Of a stretch of 64,000 nucleotides of DNA, positions 12,870-26,659 are shown in pieces. The first letter of the stretch is position 1; the number at the start of each line of letters is the position of its first letter. The translations under genes were made by a program, and so were the position numbers. The notes beneath the pieces were generated by a model. The model saw nothing but the letters and a program-made list of their open reading frames with translations, ran no database searches and was not told the origin of the DNA. Source of the DNA: Takakia lepidozioides (lineage: Eukaryota > Plantae > Bryophyta); contig CM060732.1 of the NCBI GenBank assembly GCA_030704615.1, positions 62,682,001-62,746,000 of the forward strand. The letters are read 5' to 3'.

Positions 12870-14012
12870 TCATTGTCATCATATAGAATAGTCGAGTGGA
12901 GAGTTTTAGAACGGTATCTTTTTTAGCACTTAAGTATCTCACTCTCCTCTCGCCCACAGCTTCATTGAGTTGTGTGAGTAACTAGTCCACCACCAGTACT
13001 GTTAAGTATTTTGTTCAGAATTGACCTACATTTAAATGGGGCCATTTCCCCTCAAATCATAGCACGGCGCTATTTAAGCGTTCACATTCATCTTCGCATC
13101 GGTTTCATGCTATGTAATGAATTGGTATTTACAGAAATCGGGTCCCTGTACATATGTGCAACACAACCGTGCAGCTTGTGCAGCAGTTCTTTGCAAGGTT
13201 AAACTCTAGGGCCTACCTCTAGTTTATGAAAACAAAGTCCATCAGCTCTCGAAACTGTGTCTGTGGCATGTTAGGATGCTGAACTAATTAATTCGATGCC
13301 ATATTGTTGAACTTGATGAGCATCCTTTATGCTCCAGATTTGGCATATAACATGTCCACAAGGGCAGTCTCCAGCAGTGTTCGTTTATAGATTTGGCTGG
13401 ATCTTCCACGTAACTAACGGAACTATAACAATCTTTAGGTGAACGACACAGCTCAGCTAGTCACTCTGCAGTGCAGATGTCAAATAACATGATTCAAGCG
13501 AAATCTCACCTGCACAACATGCACATGTGTTTTTACCTGCACCAAAGGTCTCCTTTCGACTCATGACTTCACTGCAACTCGCTTCTCTGCTACCAAACTT
13601 TATGCTTGCCAAATACTCTGACATATAGCAGCTCAGTCCAGATTTCCGGCTAATATTCTCAAGGAAGAAAGATAGACCACAGCCTAGTTGGGTCGCCGTC
13701 TTTTGTTGAGATCTCGTACCATCGCGAGAGGAAAGGGAGACGAGACGCTCAACGAATCTACCAAGGTGGCAGCGGCCCTCGAGAAAGCCTTTACAGATCT
13801 TTAATAAAGTAAAGCACAGAATATAGGTACACCTAAATACGTATTTCGAAAATATGGTTATATTTAATAATAATAAATTAGGTCAGTCGTTCTTAGGGTT
13901 GGACGAGACGAGGGAAGGCTTCTGATTCTGTTTGATGTCCAAGAACGGACCAGGGTTTGGATCCCTTGGTGTGCGTGTGTTGGATCCCTCTCTGTAGCAA
14001 TGATCTGGGAAA

Positions 14013-17000
14013 ATGTCGCGAAAAGAGAAGAGGAAGGAGTTGAAGAAGCTGAAGAGGAAAGAGTTAAGAAAGGAAGCTGCAATCGAGAGACAGAAAGAAG
14101 ATACAGGCCCCGAAGATCCAGAAGTGGTCCTCAGACAACAGAAGTTGGAAGCTGAAGTATTGGCTAGAGAGAGAGAAGAACGTGACGCACAGGAGAGGTT
14201 GTGGCTCCTGCGGGAGGAACAGGCTCGCGAGGATGCCCGGCGCAAACAGGAGACGGAGGCTGCAAAGAAGGTACAGCCAAATTGTAGGCTGATGTGTCTT
14301 TTGAGTATTTATGGCACTTGCCCCACAATATCACAATCGCCTCTGCAAGATTTTAGTTTCTTCTGCTGTTGTCTTAACCCCAAGTTTGGCTAGATATTAT
14401 ACGTATATTCCTCAATTCGATCAATGAGACTGTAAAAACTCAAGAATGCAGTGCAACAAGCATGGTCAATGCTCTAAGCTGTATGGCATTGGTTTAACGA
14501 TTCAGGGCTATCTGGAATTTCCACCATCTTTCGTGGTACATCGTACAATAGAGGGGTAGATCAGCGCTATTGTATTTGATCAGAGAATACGCCTGTGAAT
14601 TTGGTGATAATTTCATCGGCTGCAGGAGGAGCAGAGAAAACTGAAGGAGGTCGAGGAAGACTACAATGACTGGGAGTATGTAGAGGATGGTCCGGCAGAA
14701 ATTATATGGGAAGGAAACGAGATAACTGTTCGAAAACCTAAAATCAAGGTGCCCAAGGGCACAACTGCAACACCAAAGCTCCTTGAGGTCTTCTACCTCT
14801 CTCCTATCTGTTTAATTCTGTGCCTGTGACCACAGGTAATGTCTCTTCCTATCTCTCCAGCAGGGGATTCATCGGCAACACTCTGAAATGCCATCATGCA
14901 AGCCCTTACATCAGCATTCACGCATATGTAACCAGAATCAATCATGAGTCATTCTTGAGGGAGTAGTCCCTATGAGATATTCAGTCCAGTTGCACGTTTC
15001 ATCAGCTTCTCTTGAGCTACATTATTTGTGTCTGATTTGTTTTCCGAAGATTCTGTTAGATCTGATTTTTGCCATCAACCATATAACAGGATGCGAAACG
15101 ACCGACATCGAACCCCTTACCCCCTCAGAGTGCAGCATTTTCTGCTCACAAAAGTTGTGCAACACCCTCTGTGCATGAGAGTGCCGAACAAAGTTCAAAC
15201 TATGGAACAGAGCAGGTGAAGCAGCTGCATCTCTCTCCTGTTGTTGTTGGGATTTGCAATCTGGCTTTCTATCTGAAGTAGCTGATCAATATGATTTGGG
15301 TCAAAGAACTGTTCTATTATATAACTAATAATGCGTCCATCTTCTGTGCATCTTCTCTGCAGTGCATTAGTCATCTGTTCTGCTGTTGTATTTGTTTTTA
15401 TGTCTCTTTGCATCACATCCACCTGAGAAAGTACTCATAAGACTTTGTTTCTTGTAGCCTTGTGGCCATAGACCCTGTGCCCAGTTGGGACGGAAACAGA
15501 GGGAATAGACTCTACGTTTGTGAGGGGCTCACTCTAGTAGGGCTATGTACCTTGCTATAACAATTAGTTCTGGGTTTCCAGATATCCTCTAGAAAGCCCT
15601 TCTCACAAGCTTCAATCTGCTGTATGTGAGCAGCCTATAATTAGACCCCAACATGGCCAGGGCTTTAGGCTCAGCCTTGAGATTTTGAAAGGTGGTGAAC
15701 AGAGGTGCAGGAACCATGTCCTGATATGGTAGAGAATGTACTCATAAGACGTTGTTTGTAGCCTTGTGACCATTGACCATGGGAGGGGGACAGATAGGTA
15801 GTGAGGTAGAGCCCAAGTGAGAGCCGTCTGACCTGGTGCAGTGTATGGCACAGGATAAGAGACATTGCCCATTCTACATAAAGACAGGAGTGTGTCGATT
15901 TGGAGTGCGGTGCAGCCGCATGCATCCTGTGTTTAACGACAAGGCCTTCACACTACTAGTACGCTCCATGTACACTGGCCCTGGCCTGGCCTGGGATCAC
16001 CAAGATGGCCTTGAGGTTTGTGCTGCTATTTTTCTTCTTAAGAGATTCTCTCATTTGTTCTAACTGACATGAGATGTGAAGGTGGATTCGCCATATTCTC
16101 CATCCATGTCCATCAAAGGCTGCTCATATTTGCATTCACACGCATTATCAGAGTAGGCCTGGTCCTCTCCTGGCTAAAGACTTTGACATGCTAGAGGTTG
16201 GTGTCATGTTTGTTACCCATTCTGTCAAAGACACTCTTGCTATCCACCTTTGCATCAACCTTCATAAACATGCGGTGATTGGGTCTTGGCAGTGCAGATT
16301 TTTAATCCTTTTAACTTACCCAGCATCCAATCTTGTCTTTTGACCAATTTTTTTGAGAAGGCTACTGCACAGCTCATTCCAAAAGGAGGTGGGCAGCACC
16401 TAACGTTGACGACATGCAAAGAAGCAGCACTCTGTGTATCCTGCCTGCAAGAAGCTACTCACTTTGTTGTTGGTTTGTGCAATTGCATATGTGTAAGAAA
16501 TAGTGCAATTTACGTCAATCTTGTTTCTTTCCTTTTTGCCATCAGATGGTTGTTCGTCAGCTTGTGTTAGATACCCTTTTCACCTCCTTTTGGGCCTTTT
16601 TGACCCCTCAGGATTCCTGCACAAAGCTCATTGAAATAACGAGACCTTTGAAATTAAACTTGGTTTGACCAGGCACTTTCTGGGCCTGCTATTGGCTTGA
16701 AGGCAGAATTTCCTTGTCCCAGTCATGTAGCTAATCCACCATCAGTGGTGAATGAACATTAGTGTTATACCTGCCTTGCCCAGGACCTTGCGTGCTTTGC
16801 TCCTCAGCAAAGTTGCTTAGTTTGGTTTTTCCTGGGTTCGTTGCACATCTCACCCGTGGTGTTGCACTAGTGGAGGCTGGGCAAGAGTTCACGTTCACTT
16901 TTTCAATTTCACTTAAAAACATTTGCTGTACCGAGGAGCTCGATGAGTGTGCCTTGAAAGCAAGTCTAAAACTGGATACTTTGGGTAGAGAAATCTCTCT

Positions 17001-19336
17001 AGCCCCTTGAGTCTCACCAGAAATTTCCAAATTTGTTCAGTCTTGTATGCTCCAGGGTGTAGGTTTTCTTGGCTCATGCCAACCCAAGTCAAGGAATATT
17101 AGCTTTATCGTTCCGCACGTTCACCACTAGATTTTCATGCTCAAAGTACTTTGTGGATCATTATAATGCATACTGTGCATTACTTCAGTTGAAGCTGTGC
17201 AGTTTTTTTTTTGTTTCCTTTTGGAATCCTTGACAAGCGGGTGTAGGTTGTGGACTGGCATCTGGGAGAGGGACAATGGGGCCTTAAGCCCGGTGTACGG
17301 CGGTTTCATGGGGTGTGTGCTGCTGAATGACAGTACACTGACGAGGAGGTGGTTCAACACTATGAAGAGTTCTATGATGATGTGCATTCTGAGTTCATCC
17401 AGTTTGGGGAGATTGTCAATTTCAAGGTACACAACAGTGATCTTTGTCTCTGCAGGGTGTTGACATGCTCTCGAACCTGTCTATTTCTCTAAAAGACATT
17501 AATGTGCTCTGGAAACTGGTGTGAGATGATCAGATAGCCTCTTGTATCTGTTCTGAACTGGGAGGCTGTTTTGTGTCAAGGCCCTTTCTCTGCATATGTT
17601 TCTCCTATTTCCATGCCGTCAGACCTCTAAAAGGTGGGTTATGTGGGTCTTTGAGAGAGTGTAGGTGTGTCAGAATGGATCAGCGCATCTGCGGGGGAAT
17701 CTGTACGTACACTTCCGATTAGAGGAGTCAGCAATGGCTGCGTACAATGCTCTCAATGGCCGATTCTATGCTGGCAAGCAGGTCTGCTGCACCATCTCTT
17801 GTTGTGGTCCCTCGATCAAAGTCTTTCTGAGTTGTATCCTTCTGCAGAAGACCATTTCTTTTGTGTTAGCGAAAGTAATCTAAATTGCTTGGACCGTGGG
17901 CACAAGAAATATAATAGTATGTCAGATTAAAGAAATCTACAAGGTTTAAGGCTACTCAACTATACAACAAGTTTTAAAGCTGCACACTCTAATTATTACA
18001 CTCCAGCAAGGAAAAAAAGTGGTAGGTAGGATATGTAACAAACACTTGATCTGAATATGGCAAGTGGCCCTGGATTGGAGAATGTCTGCTGTGTCGAACA
18101 AATATGGCGAGAGTATTTGGTCTTTTTCTTTCTTGGCCTTCGATGCTTCTGAGGATATCTTGACAGTTTGTGATCATGGACCTCTGCCTGCATGTCGGAT
18201 TTCAGATAACATGCGAATTTGTACAAGTGACAAAATGGAGGGTTGCAATCTGTGGAGAGTACATGAAATCAAATTACAGGGTAGTCCATTCCACTCTTCC
18301 TGACTATTGTAAGGATCTGTTAGAGACCAGTTGACAAGTTGGACATGGATGGTGTTGGCCTCACTAATTGTAAGAGATGGTCCTCATGTGGTGACTTGGA
18401 TGTATATGATTACAGCAGTCCCCATCCATCATGCTTGAGAATTGAATTACAAAAGCTTGGCAGATTTGAGCAAACTCCTTCAGTTTGTGAATCACCATGT
18501 GACGGACAAATCCTTGTGTCGAATTGTAATGGAGATCTCATAGGTGATGCACAGATCCTGAAACACTACGTTTAAGCTATTGCCATTTGTCATGTGCTTG
18601 AAGATGTTGTATGTGCTATGTCCAAAGTGAAGCAAGTATGGTTAATGTACATGTGGTGGTTAGTCTGATTGAATCTTTTTATTGATATTTTGTGTAACAG
18701 CCATGCTCCCATGGGACAGCCTGCAACTTTCTGCATTGCTTTAGAAATCCACATGGAGAGTATGAATGGGCTGACTGGGATATGCGGCCTCCACGACCTT
18801 GGCGGGCCAAAATGGCTAAGCTGTTTGGATACCCGCATGATTCAGATGAAGATCAGGACACTAGGCAGAAGCGGGACCGCAATTACGATGAACACTCTCG
18901 GCACCATTCTCGGGAACAGTCTAAGCACAATACCTATAGTCATAGGAGGCATCGCTCAAGGAGCAGGCACTATGATAGAAGGTCAAGGAGCCGAGATAGG
19001 CACTATTGTAGCAGTGATGAGTGGGAAGAAGTGTCAGATAAAGGGTGGAATGATGGAAGAGGGAGGAGTAGGCATTTGGATTCCATGGCTGATAAGGACA
19101 GAAGACGGAGGCGTCATGAGAGCCACAGTAGCAATGATAGTGAGAGTAGCATTGGAGGGGACAATCCTAAGTTGGATTTGGAGCAGAATGGTAATGGGAG
19201 CAGACGGCACAGAAAACATACAAGGTCTTCCTCAAGGTCATCAAGACACGAAGCCTGGTACAAAAAGAGAGGTCAGACCTCACATCGAAGTGAGCACAGA
19301 CCAGAAGGTACAGACGACCGGTGGCAGATGGCATAG
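14013..19336 (+). CDS. RGH3: U2AF35-related CCCH-UHM-CCCH splicing factor (ZRSR2/URP, maize RGH3-like). Approximate exons: 14013-14270, 14626-14787, 15090-15215, 15854-16015, 17333-17427, 17666-17781, 18206-18280, 18701-19336
   Basis: N-terminal coiled coil, then [18 protein letters not shown] and [11 protein letters not shown]. ZnF1 is [20 protein letters not shown]; the UHM/RRM runs [21 protein letters not shown]...[10 protein letters not shown]...NGRFYAGKQ; ZnF2 is AICGEYM...[16 protein letters not shown]. The C-terminal tail is RS-rich. Confidence 0.93.
15425..15800 (+). repeat. About 307-bp dispersed repeat unit (about 1.2 tandem copies) in an RGH3 intron
   Basis: GAGAA.GTACTCATAAGAC...GTAGCCTTGTG.CCAT.GACC occurs at 15425 and again at 15732. 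Related copies lie at about 21138-21390 and about 48586-48758. Confidence 0.8.
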
Positions 19337-21137
19337 TGGTGCATAATACAAATGCTTTCGGTCTGCTACTGGGGAATCTCTATGTGCAGGGATTTGATGA
19401 AGAGCTCATGCACTAGGTCTTCCAGCTTAGCTCCTTTCTCTGGCTGGTAGTGAAGAAGGTGTGTTGCTTTTAAAGGCATCCCAGGTCAATGAGTAGTGTC
19501 AGGAAATAGTACTGTCCAGTAGAAGCATTCCATAAGTGCAACAGGTGGGAGTCTCCCTGTGTCTCTCTTGAAATGATTTGCCTTTGCAGGAGAGGTGGCG
19601 CCATTGTAAGTTGACAGAAACGGCATTCGGTAACAATCTCCCTAACTAAATTAAATCAGATTGTGGAGTGTTCTAGATGATGTATTATGCCGCTTGCTGC
19701 CTGGTATGTTTTGTTGGGACTTGAAGAGAGATAAGCCAGGCAGGAAAGGCACATAGGGGATGTGTGTGACCATGTTTTTGGTGCATCCAGATTGTCCAGG
19801 GGAATGGAAATGCATTTGGGTGCTAACTCTGGCATCTGTTGAGCCTACTTCAGCGCTACTTGATGTGGGTATCATTTCATGAAGAATAGATTGTTGACAA
19901 GATTCCGACATACTGAGCCTGATTTTATGCTGAACTGGGTCACATTTTAAGCCTCACAGCTCAGGGCTTATCCTATACAAACAACTACCACCTAGTTTTA
20001 CAAAGCTAATGGCTACCCACCTCTACTAAGGCTGACACGTTGTTACTCAAATTTGGGAACTGCCGACTCTCAAGTCTCTTCTCAAAATTTGTTCTGGGTA
20101 TAATTTACTACATTCGGTATATTTTCAGATTTTTTTTGTTTATTGGCTCCTCTTTATTCTACAGAGGAGACTGCGCATCATCAATCGCTAAGCCCCGGTT
20201 GTGCCTTCCCTACACACGTACGTACAAACCCGGGCCGACGAAGCTTTGGGTTTATGATTAATGACAAAGCACTTTGTACACTAAACATATTTTTGTATGT
20301 GACAATCCGGTCATATCTTGGGTGCACAAAAACAGTTATTGTCTGATCTGACACTCAGGTTATATCTTGGGTGTCTGTCCTTATGAGCATTTGCTAGGGC
20401 TTGGAGGGGGATCTCAACTTGAAAAGCAAAAATCTCCTAAACTTCATAGCATCAGATGAAACCTCAGTAAAGCAAACATCAGAAGGGAGAGTTGCACATA
20501 TCAATTCCAACCTTTCACATGCCGAGTGGAAATGGGTTTGGACAACTGCGTGTCCCAGTTCCACAAGTGACACTGTAGAAATGGTCTGAAAGGTCACTTT
20601 TACAAAACTTTTACATTGACATGTTCACTACCAATGCCCATGACTTTAAAAGACCAGTTTAGCTGCTGCTAACAAGACCCAAATGGATGAGTCGCAATCC
20701 AGTAGCGGAAGTGCCCACTTGAAAAAGGCTTAGCTTACGAGTGTTACAAGACAACGAGGTAAACTACACCTATGCAACGTTCGAACCAGTAAAATGCAAT
20801 GACAATTATCGTCCTCGCAAAGGCACGACCAACCCTTCCTGTCTGGGATCTGTCTCCCCCTGCACTACTTTGCCAGTGTCATCCTCAGGTGTAACTATTC
20901 ACAACATACAGTTCAGGAAGCAACCACAGTGATGTAAGGCTGTCCAAAGCACACAGAATTAGAGGGTAAACACAGGCAGGGTGATGCACACGGCCTCAAC
21001 ATCAAGTCCCAAATCAACCATCCACCCGAAGAGTGGGTCCTCAATCACAGTTTGCACTCACCCACCCTTGAGGTCATGATCCACGATGGCCTCTCCCATG
21101 TCACAGACTGGAAACAAGTTCAGAGAGGGTCAGTGCT

Positions 21138-21390
21138 TCAGGCTCAGCCTCTAGATTTTGAAAGCTGGTGAACAGAGCTGCAGAGACAGACAAAAGCACA
21201 CTGCCACAATGAGGCAAAATTCCCGAGTGACATTGTTTGCCAGAGCCATGTGGCCATAGACCCGGCACCCAGTTTGGGTGGAAGAAAAGGGAACAGACAC
21301 TCCAGCAGCGGGACTTAGCTTGATATTATAAACAATTTGTTCAGGCAGATGTCCTCTAGAAAACCCTTCACATAAGCATCAAATCTGCCA
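21138..21390 (+). repeat. Second, permuted copy of the about 307-bp repeat family
   Basis: GGCTCAGCCT..AGATTTTGAAAG.TGGTGAACAGAG precedes TGTGGCCATAGACCC...AACAATT.GTTC...CCTCTAGAAA.CCCTT, so the module order is rotated relative to the 15425 copy. Confidence 0.75.
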
Positions 21391-22150
21391 TCAACCCAAA
21401 AGGACCTCTTGTGTGTGCTGCTTGTGCAAAGCCAAGGAGCTCAACCAGTATAAGAGTCTTTGAAAGTCGCCATCTCTGCGACCCCTGTTATTTCCTCTAC
21501 TGTGACCCTGGGCATGCTTGGGTTGCCAAGCATTGCGCTGCTGATGGACCCGGAGTGCAGGAAATTGGGTGGCAACTGACTCACTAAGACTCCCCACAGT
21601 ATTAGCTAGCTGCTGGAGTGTGAAATCATCAGACCTGGATTGCATAGCAGGGGGCACATAAGGGGCAACTGTTGCAGTCATGTCAGACTCATAGCCCATA
21701 ATAGGGGCTTGAAATTTGACATGGTGCTGTAGGGGTTTGCTGTCAACCAGATCTGCCATCTTCAACCTAATCTCTTCTATCATGGACCTATCACTAACAA
21801 AATGACGACGCTGGGCCCAAGCCTGAATTGCAGCAGGCAAACCTAGGAGGATTTATACCTTGATCATCCGATCTCATTCAGAAACATCCACGACGTTTTC
21901 AGCCGCAGCATTGCCAAAGATATTCTCTTGGCCTATAAGTACGAGAGGCAAATCTAGCAAAGCAGTCCAGGGGTCGCTCTGTGGGTTTAAATAATGTAGG
22001 GCTGTGCCGTGAATTGAGGAATAGCATGACATGGCATTACAGTGGTAAGACCCCCAACAGTAGTCACATGGTGAGCAGAACAGCATGGATGTCTGATAAC
22101 TCCTTGTTTGGTCAACCCTACAAAACCAATTTCTCATCACTAATCACATA
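21391..22150 (-). mobile_element. Degraded gag-like retroelement remnant (tentative)
   Basis: Broken frame resembling Gag: GLPAAIQAWAQ..., a coiled segment LQQLANTVGSLSE and an RG-rich stretch. A frameshifted knuckle-like WLCTSSTHKRSFW follows. Shares 24 bp with 1147-1170. Confidence 0.3.
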
Positions 22151-23218
22151 CCTTGAACTCCCTCCCTTCTCTTGGACAGTAGAGAGTAGTTCAGAGAGAT
22201 GTTCTAGGTGTAACAGAAGCTAGAGATGAACTCAATAAAATCTACCAACATAATCCATGTGACAAAGTCCGAGACTCATGCAAAGAGCATAAGAGGAAAG
22301 GCCTAGCAGCAAAAGATGTCAATACTGGAGTGTGCCCCTCACAAAGGACGATTCAAGACAGGATATACGAAAAAGGACAGTATCTGACAAATGGAATGAA
22401 ATTGTCAGCAAGTACAGTGTGTCTACTCTACTCAACCAAATTCAATAGAAAACCTAGAGACAACCATTAACCTTATCGTGCTCGCCTCCCTCGCCGAGAA
22501 CTTGCCCTGTCTTTCCTCTCACTGAGCAGACTTGACATCTCTTATTCTCAGCCTTCTTTGGCACTTTATTTCCAGCTCTTTGACGGTAACATCCTTCGAT
22601 CGTCGTTCAAGGGAATCTCCTTGGACACAACTGCTAAGGAAAGTGCGAGGGTTTGAAAGACATGGTGCAGAAATTGATGAGGGGTTTCGTTTGACTTCCC
22701 AGTGACAAGGAAACAGACTTGCTAAACGCATACCATGTAAGGGCCTGAGGGAGATGAAGAATTTTTCTATTCACGATGTCAATCCTGAGAGATCTCTGTC
22801 TACTCTGACGGGCTTCCAGCAGGTAAGTAAGCAAGTTCAGGAGGTCTCTTCGGATTGATCGGCTCATGGGACTCTGCCAGGTTCCTTTACAAAAGAAACA
22901 CACACGCCGGTGACGACGATGACGTGTCGTGATTACGATGACGTGGCTGACGACGATGATGTGGCACTATGGCACCCTATTCACGCTCCACACTAAACTA
23001 GCTCTCGACCTTCGGTCGTCGCGAGAATAAAGATATACAATGGCGATTCATTCCAGACATTTCTGTCTGCACTAGAATGAGGCCACGTCATCGTCTTCTT
23101 CCTTCCCGTACCAAAACCAGGGTCCAGGGACGATTTCGTTTTAGGTTTCCCTCCATCTCGCTGAAAGCTTGCTATTTCTTTGTTTGTAGTTGCATTTGAG
23201 GTGGCGCTTGTGCGTATC

Positions 23219-23401
23219 ATGAAGCCGTTCCCTGTGTATGTGGCGGATCTGGATGAGCAGGGGATCGGGGCGGCCATGGATGTAGATCTAGACGGCGACG
23301 CCCTGGACCTCCTGGGGGATGCTCTCACCGACCACAAGCCGTCGGATGCTGATTTCTTCAATGCTTTTGAGGACGATTTTGACGATTCTGACCTTTCTTA
23401 G
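23219..23401 (+). CDS. SMAP1: Small acidic protein 1 (60 aa)
   Basis: MKPFPVYVADLDEQGIGAAMDVD...DHKPSDADFFNAFEDDFDDSDLS carries the conserved Phe/Asp-rich SMAP C-terminus. A 5'UTR intron is likely, with an acceptor near 23189. Confidence 0.92.
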   Translation: MKPFPVYVADLDEQGIGAAMDVDLDGDALDLLGDALTDHKPSDADFFNAFEDDFDDSDLS

Positions 23402-26400
23402 TGTGCAAGCATTCGTCGCCTTAGGATTTTTTACTTCCATGCTCTCAGATAGTTCCTACTAGATAGCCCTCGCTGCTCTAGAAGTTTATATTCAGATCCG
23501 TTTGTTGGATTTCATCGATGACTGCGAAGAAGGAGGAGTGCAACCAGGAGGCATGCAACATACAGTCATGCTTAACGAAGAATAATTTCATGCCTGAAAG
23601 GTGCATGTTCTAACTGCTTTGTTGGCTTTTTTGTTAGATTGAGCTCTTAAATTTTACCCGAAACGTCGGCAGCTCTCTCTTGTATTCCAGTGGAATGATA
23701 GGTATCCAGGTGGTTCGTCTTTGAACAAAACTTACCACTCGTCAGGAATTGGTTCGAAGTTTTACCATGGGAGATGATGTTTGATACTTTCAGTGTAGTC
23801 CACTTTGCAAGGGCTTAGATACTTAAGCCTCCCAGCCCCCTCCTTTAAGGCGATTCGATAGCTGAGACGGAGGCAGGAGCAGGGGATCGTCAATGGAAGG
23901 AAGGAACATACAGTTCTTTCCTCGAGAAAGTTCTCTCTTTCTAAGGATTCCTAACCCTATTTGTTTTCACTTTTTCCTTCTACCAGGTAGAACTTACGAT
24001 CCTGCCTTCATTTCAACTGTGATGCAGATGCCGAGACACCATACTGAAATTGCAGAAGTGCTGTGAAAATTGTGAGTACAAATCTAAGCATTGTGGTTCA
24101 ATGACGGGGCTTCTTGCAATGACCAGGAAGAAGTCACAATCTCGCTGATACCCCAATACTTTTTCCCAAACCTTTACCCGAGAGTGAAAGTGGCATCAGT
24201 GACTCAACCAATGATAACCTAGCATGTGTGTTATTGATTCTTGATTTTGTGAGTGTGGGATCCCCGGAAGACTTTTGTCTCGTATGATCTGAGGGTGGCT
24301 GGGAAAATATTAGATACGTTGTCAGGTGAATTGAGATTAAGTTCTATCATCAGTAGTAAAAATATATGACTTGCCTGTGTGATACCTTACAATGACCTTC
24401 AGTCAATCGAAGCTGCTTTTCTTTTACGACAGTTTGTTACGCACAGGTCTCTGTCTGAAGCAAGTAACAAAAATGATGCCCAAGAGAATGCCATCGGTAT
24501 ACTGATTAAGAGACTCTTCTTGCAAAAAAGTTTTCTTTGTCTGATTTGCATGTTGTGTTGGGAAAATGGTGATGAATGAATTGAAGTTGTTCCATGTCAA
24601 ACAAGCTTTTTTTGGAAGCCAAAGTCATGTCTCCTCGCCTCTCCCTATTTTTGTCCATCTCTAACAGCTATCTATTATGTAGCTCTTGGGCGTTGCTGTT
24701 TTGGACTGGGCTTTAAATGCTTGGATGTTCCATTCTTTTGCATGGGTTTTTTTTGCCCTTCAAGAAAGATTGGTTTTCTGAAGTGAGGATGGATTTGAGC
24801 ACCCTACCTAAGGTGGTTGCTCACATCTGCAGGGCTAGCAATCCTCTCTTGAAGCTTGCTTTCAGACCTAGATTCAACAGCCTAATAGCATATCTTTCAA
24901 AGGACAACGGAGAAGCATCTGTCTCTCAATCATGTTGCTCATTTTTGCATAAAGCCTGCAAACCAAAACCTACTACACTGTGAAGCCACATTTCATCCCT
25001 GTGACCTTTTCACCTTATTTATAAACCCGAGCTGACCGTTGGTCAGGGGGTAAGGCCTACAAGGCATTCGGAAGTGTAAGTTACTTCATATCTATCTTGA
25101 CCTTAGCGTGGAGGAGACTAGGTATGTGTAGACTTGCAAATCTGTACGATGAGGAGTTCAAAGGTTCCTACCGCATATACATGTATTTGATTTTTGTTCA
25201 ATTAAAGTTTCCTCTTATTACAAGCAAAAGGAGAAATGTTTGAAAATATTTGCTGGAACTTCCCAGTAATTCGACACTTTTACCAAATAGCTTTCGAGTA
25301 ATCAGGCAAAATCTGAAAAATCACCAAAACGCATATGCACTTTGAATTTGAATCAATTACCACCTAACCGGCTATACATGTATGGTACTTTTCAAGCCTG
25401 CATGTCTGTTTTGGTAGTTCGGGTGACAGGGAACTGGTCGTTGCAACCTTGGGGCTGGGGCAATTGTTCCCAAATACTGCCTATAGGTATACAACCAATT
25501 ACCTGCCTATATAACGTACCTATTTTTACACTTGCTCTAGATAATGATCCCAGGTGTGTGTCATGCAATCCCATCTCTTATGTGAGGGGGCTCAATGTCA
25601 TGCATATCCACAAACGCCCTTCTTCTATATACATCCTGTCGACCCCTGTCGACAGAGGTGTTTTTTTTTGTCCAATATGGAAATTGATGACGATCTTCCC
25701 CACTGTAACGTACTCTTCTTCAGCTGTAAGGCAAGTACGTGATGCTCATAGAGAGCATATATGTCCTCCGAGCGCAAGGGCTGCTACCTCAGCCTACAAT
25801 TTTCTGGTACGCTTGTGCTGGATCCATCTTTTTCTCTTGGGAATACCCGTAGGCAGACTGACCTCCGTAGGGAATCGCTGGGTAGCTATGAACTGGCTGG
25901 CCTTCGTGAGCTTGCATTCTCTCGCGGGCCGCAGGCCTAGTCAGGCGGAGGAGTCGCCTAACCGGACCCGACCGCCTCTCCGTGCCCGACTCCTTCCTAG
26001 CTGCGGCACGACGTCTCGCCAGAACCATCGCCAATATAATCACCATCACGAAGAGCTCTTTTGCCGGGGCAAACAGTCTTTGCAAGAAGAGAAAAACCTG
26101 CAGCGCCTCACTTCAAAACCCCTCTAGCCAAACCACTACTTAGGACCGTCCTGGGTCTTCACAGGTTTCCCTTCCAAATCAGAAGAGGGGTCCTTCTCTC
26201 TACAAAACTGGGCTTCCTACAAATCCAGAATTGCCTGATCTCCAATACCGCCACTGGTCCTTACTGCAACTTATAAATCTCCCAATGCAAGTCTTCCACT
26301 GAACAGCTGGTAAAGATCTTCCACACTCCAAAAACCTTGATTTGCAAACTCGAACAACAAGATGAATTCTCCATGCTACGCCAGAACGATATATATGTAC

Positions 26401-26659
26401 TAATACGCGCCATCCACAGGCGCGTGCAGATCAGCATGAAGTAAGACCGAGATATTAAATCTTCCCACCCCAGTTGCGCGTGAACTACAAAGTCTGATCC
26501 CATGGACTTATTTTGCAACTTCTGTGCACCTCCCTCGGAACGCGCATCCATGCGCTCAGACCGGAACGGTCAGACTCCCGCACAAGCGACGACGATGCAG
26601 GCCTAGCCACGTGGGGGTTTTGTGCTCGAACTCGCAGGCCTACACCTGTGCCTGGAAAA

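Noticed and set aside
17833-17841. U12-type donor-like GTATCCTT inside an intron of the minor-spliceosome factor gene
   Set aside because: It is not at an exon junction and is a single copy. The same 8-mer also occurs near 34069, so chance is sufficient.
18669-19346. 225-aa ORF overlapping the last RGH3 exon
   Set aside because: It is an alternative frame of the low-complexity RS-domain exon.
25342-26127. 261-aa plus-strand ORF and overlapping minus-strand ORFs
   Set aside because: Non-ATG start, no recognisable domain and atypical composition, next to TE debris.
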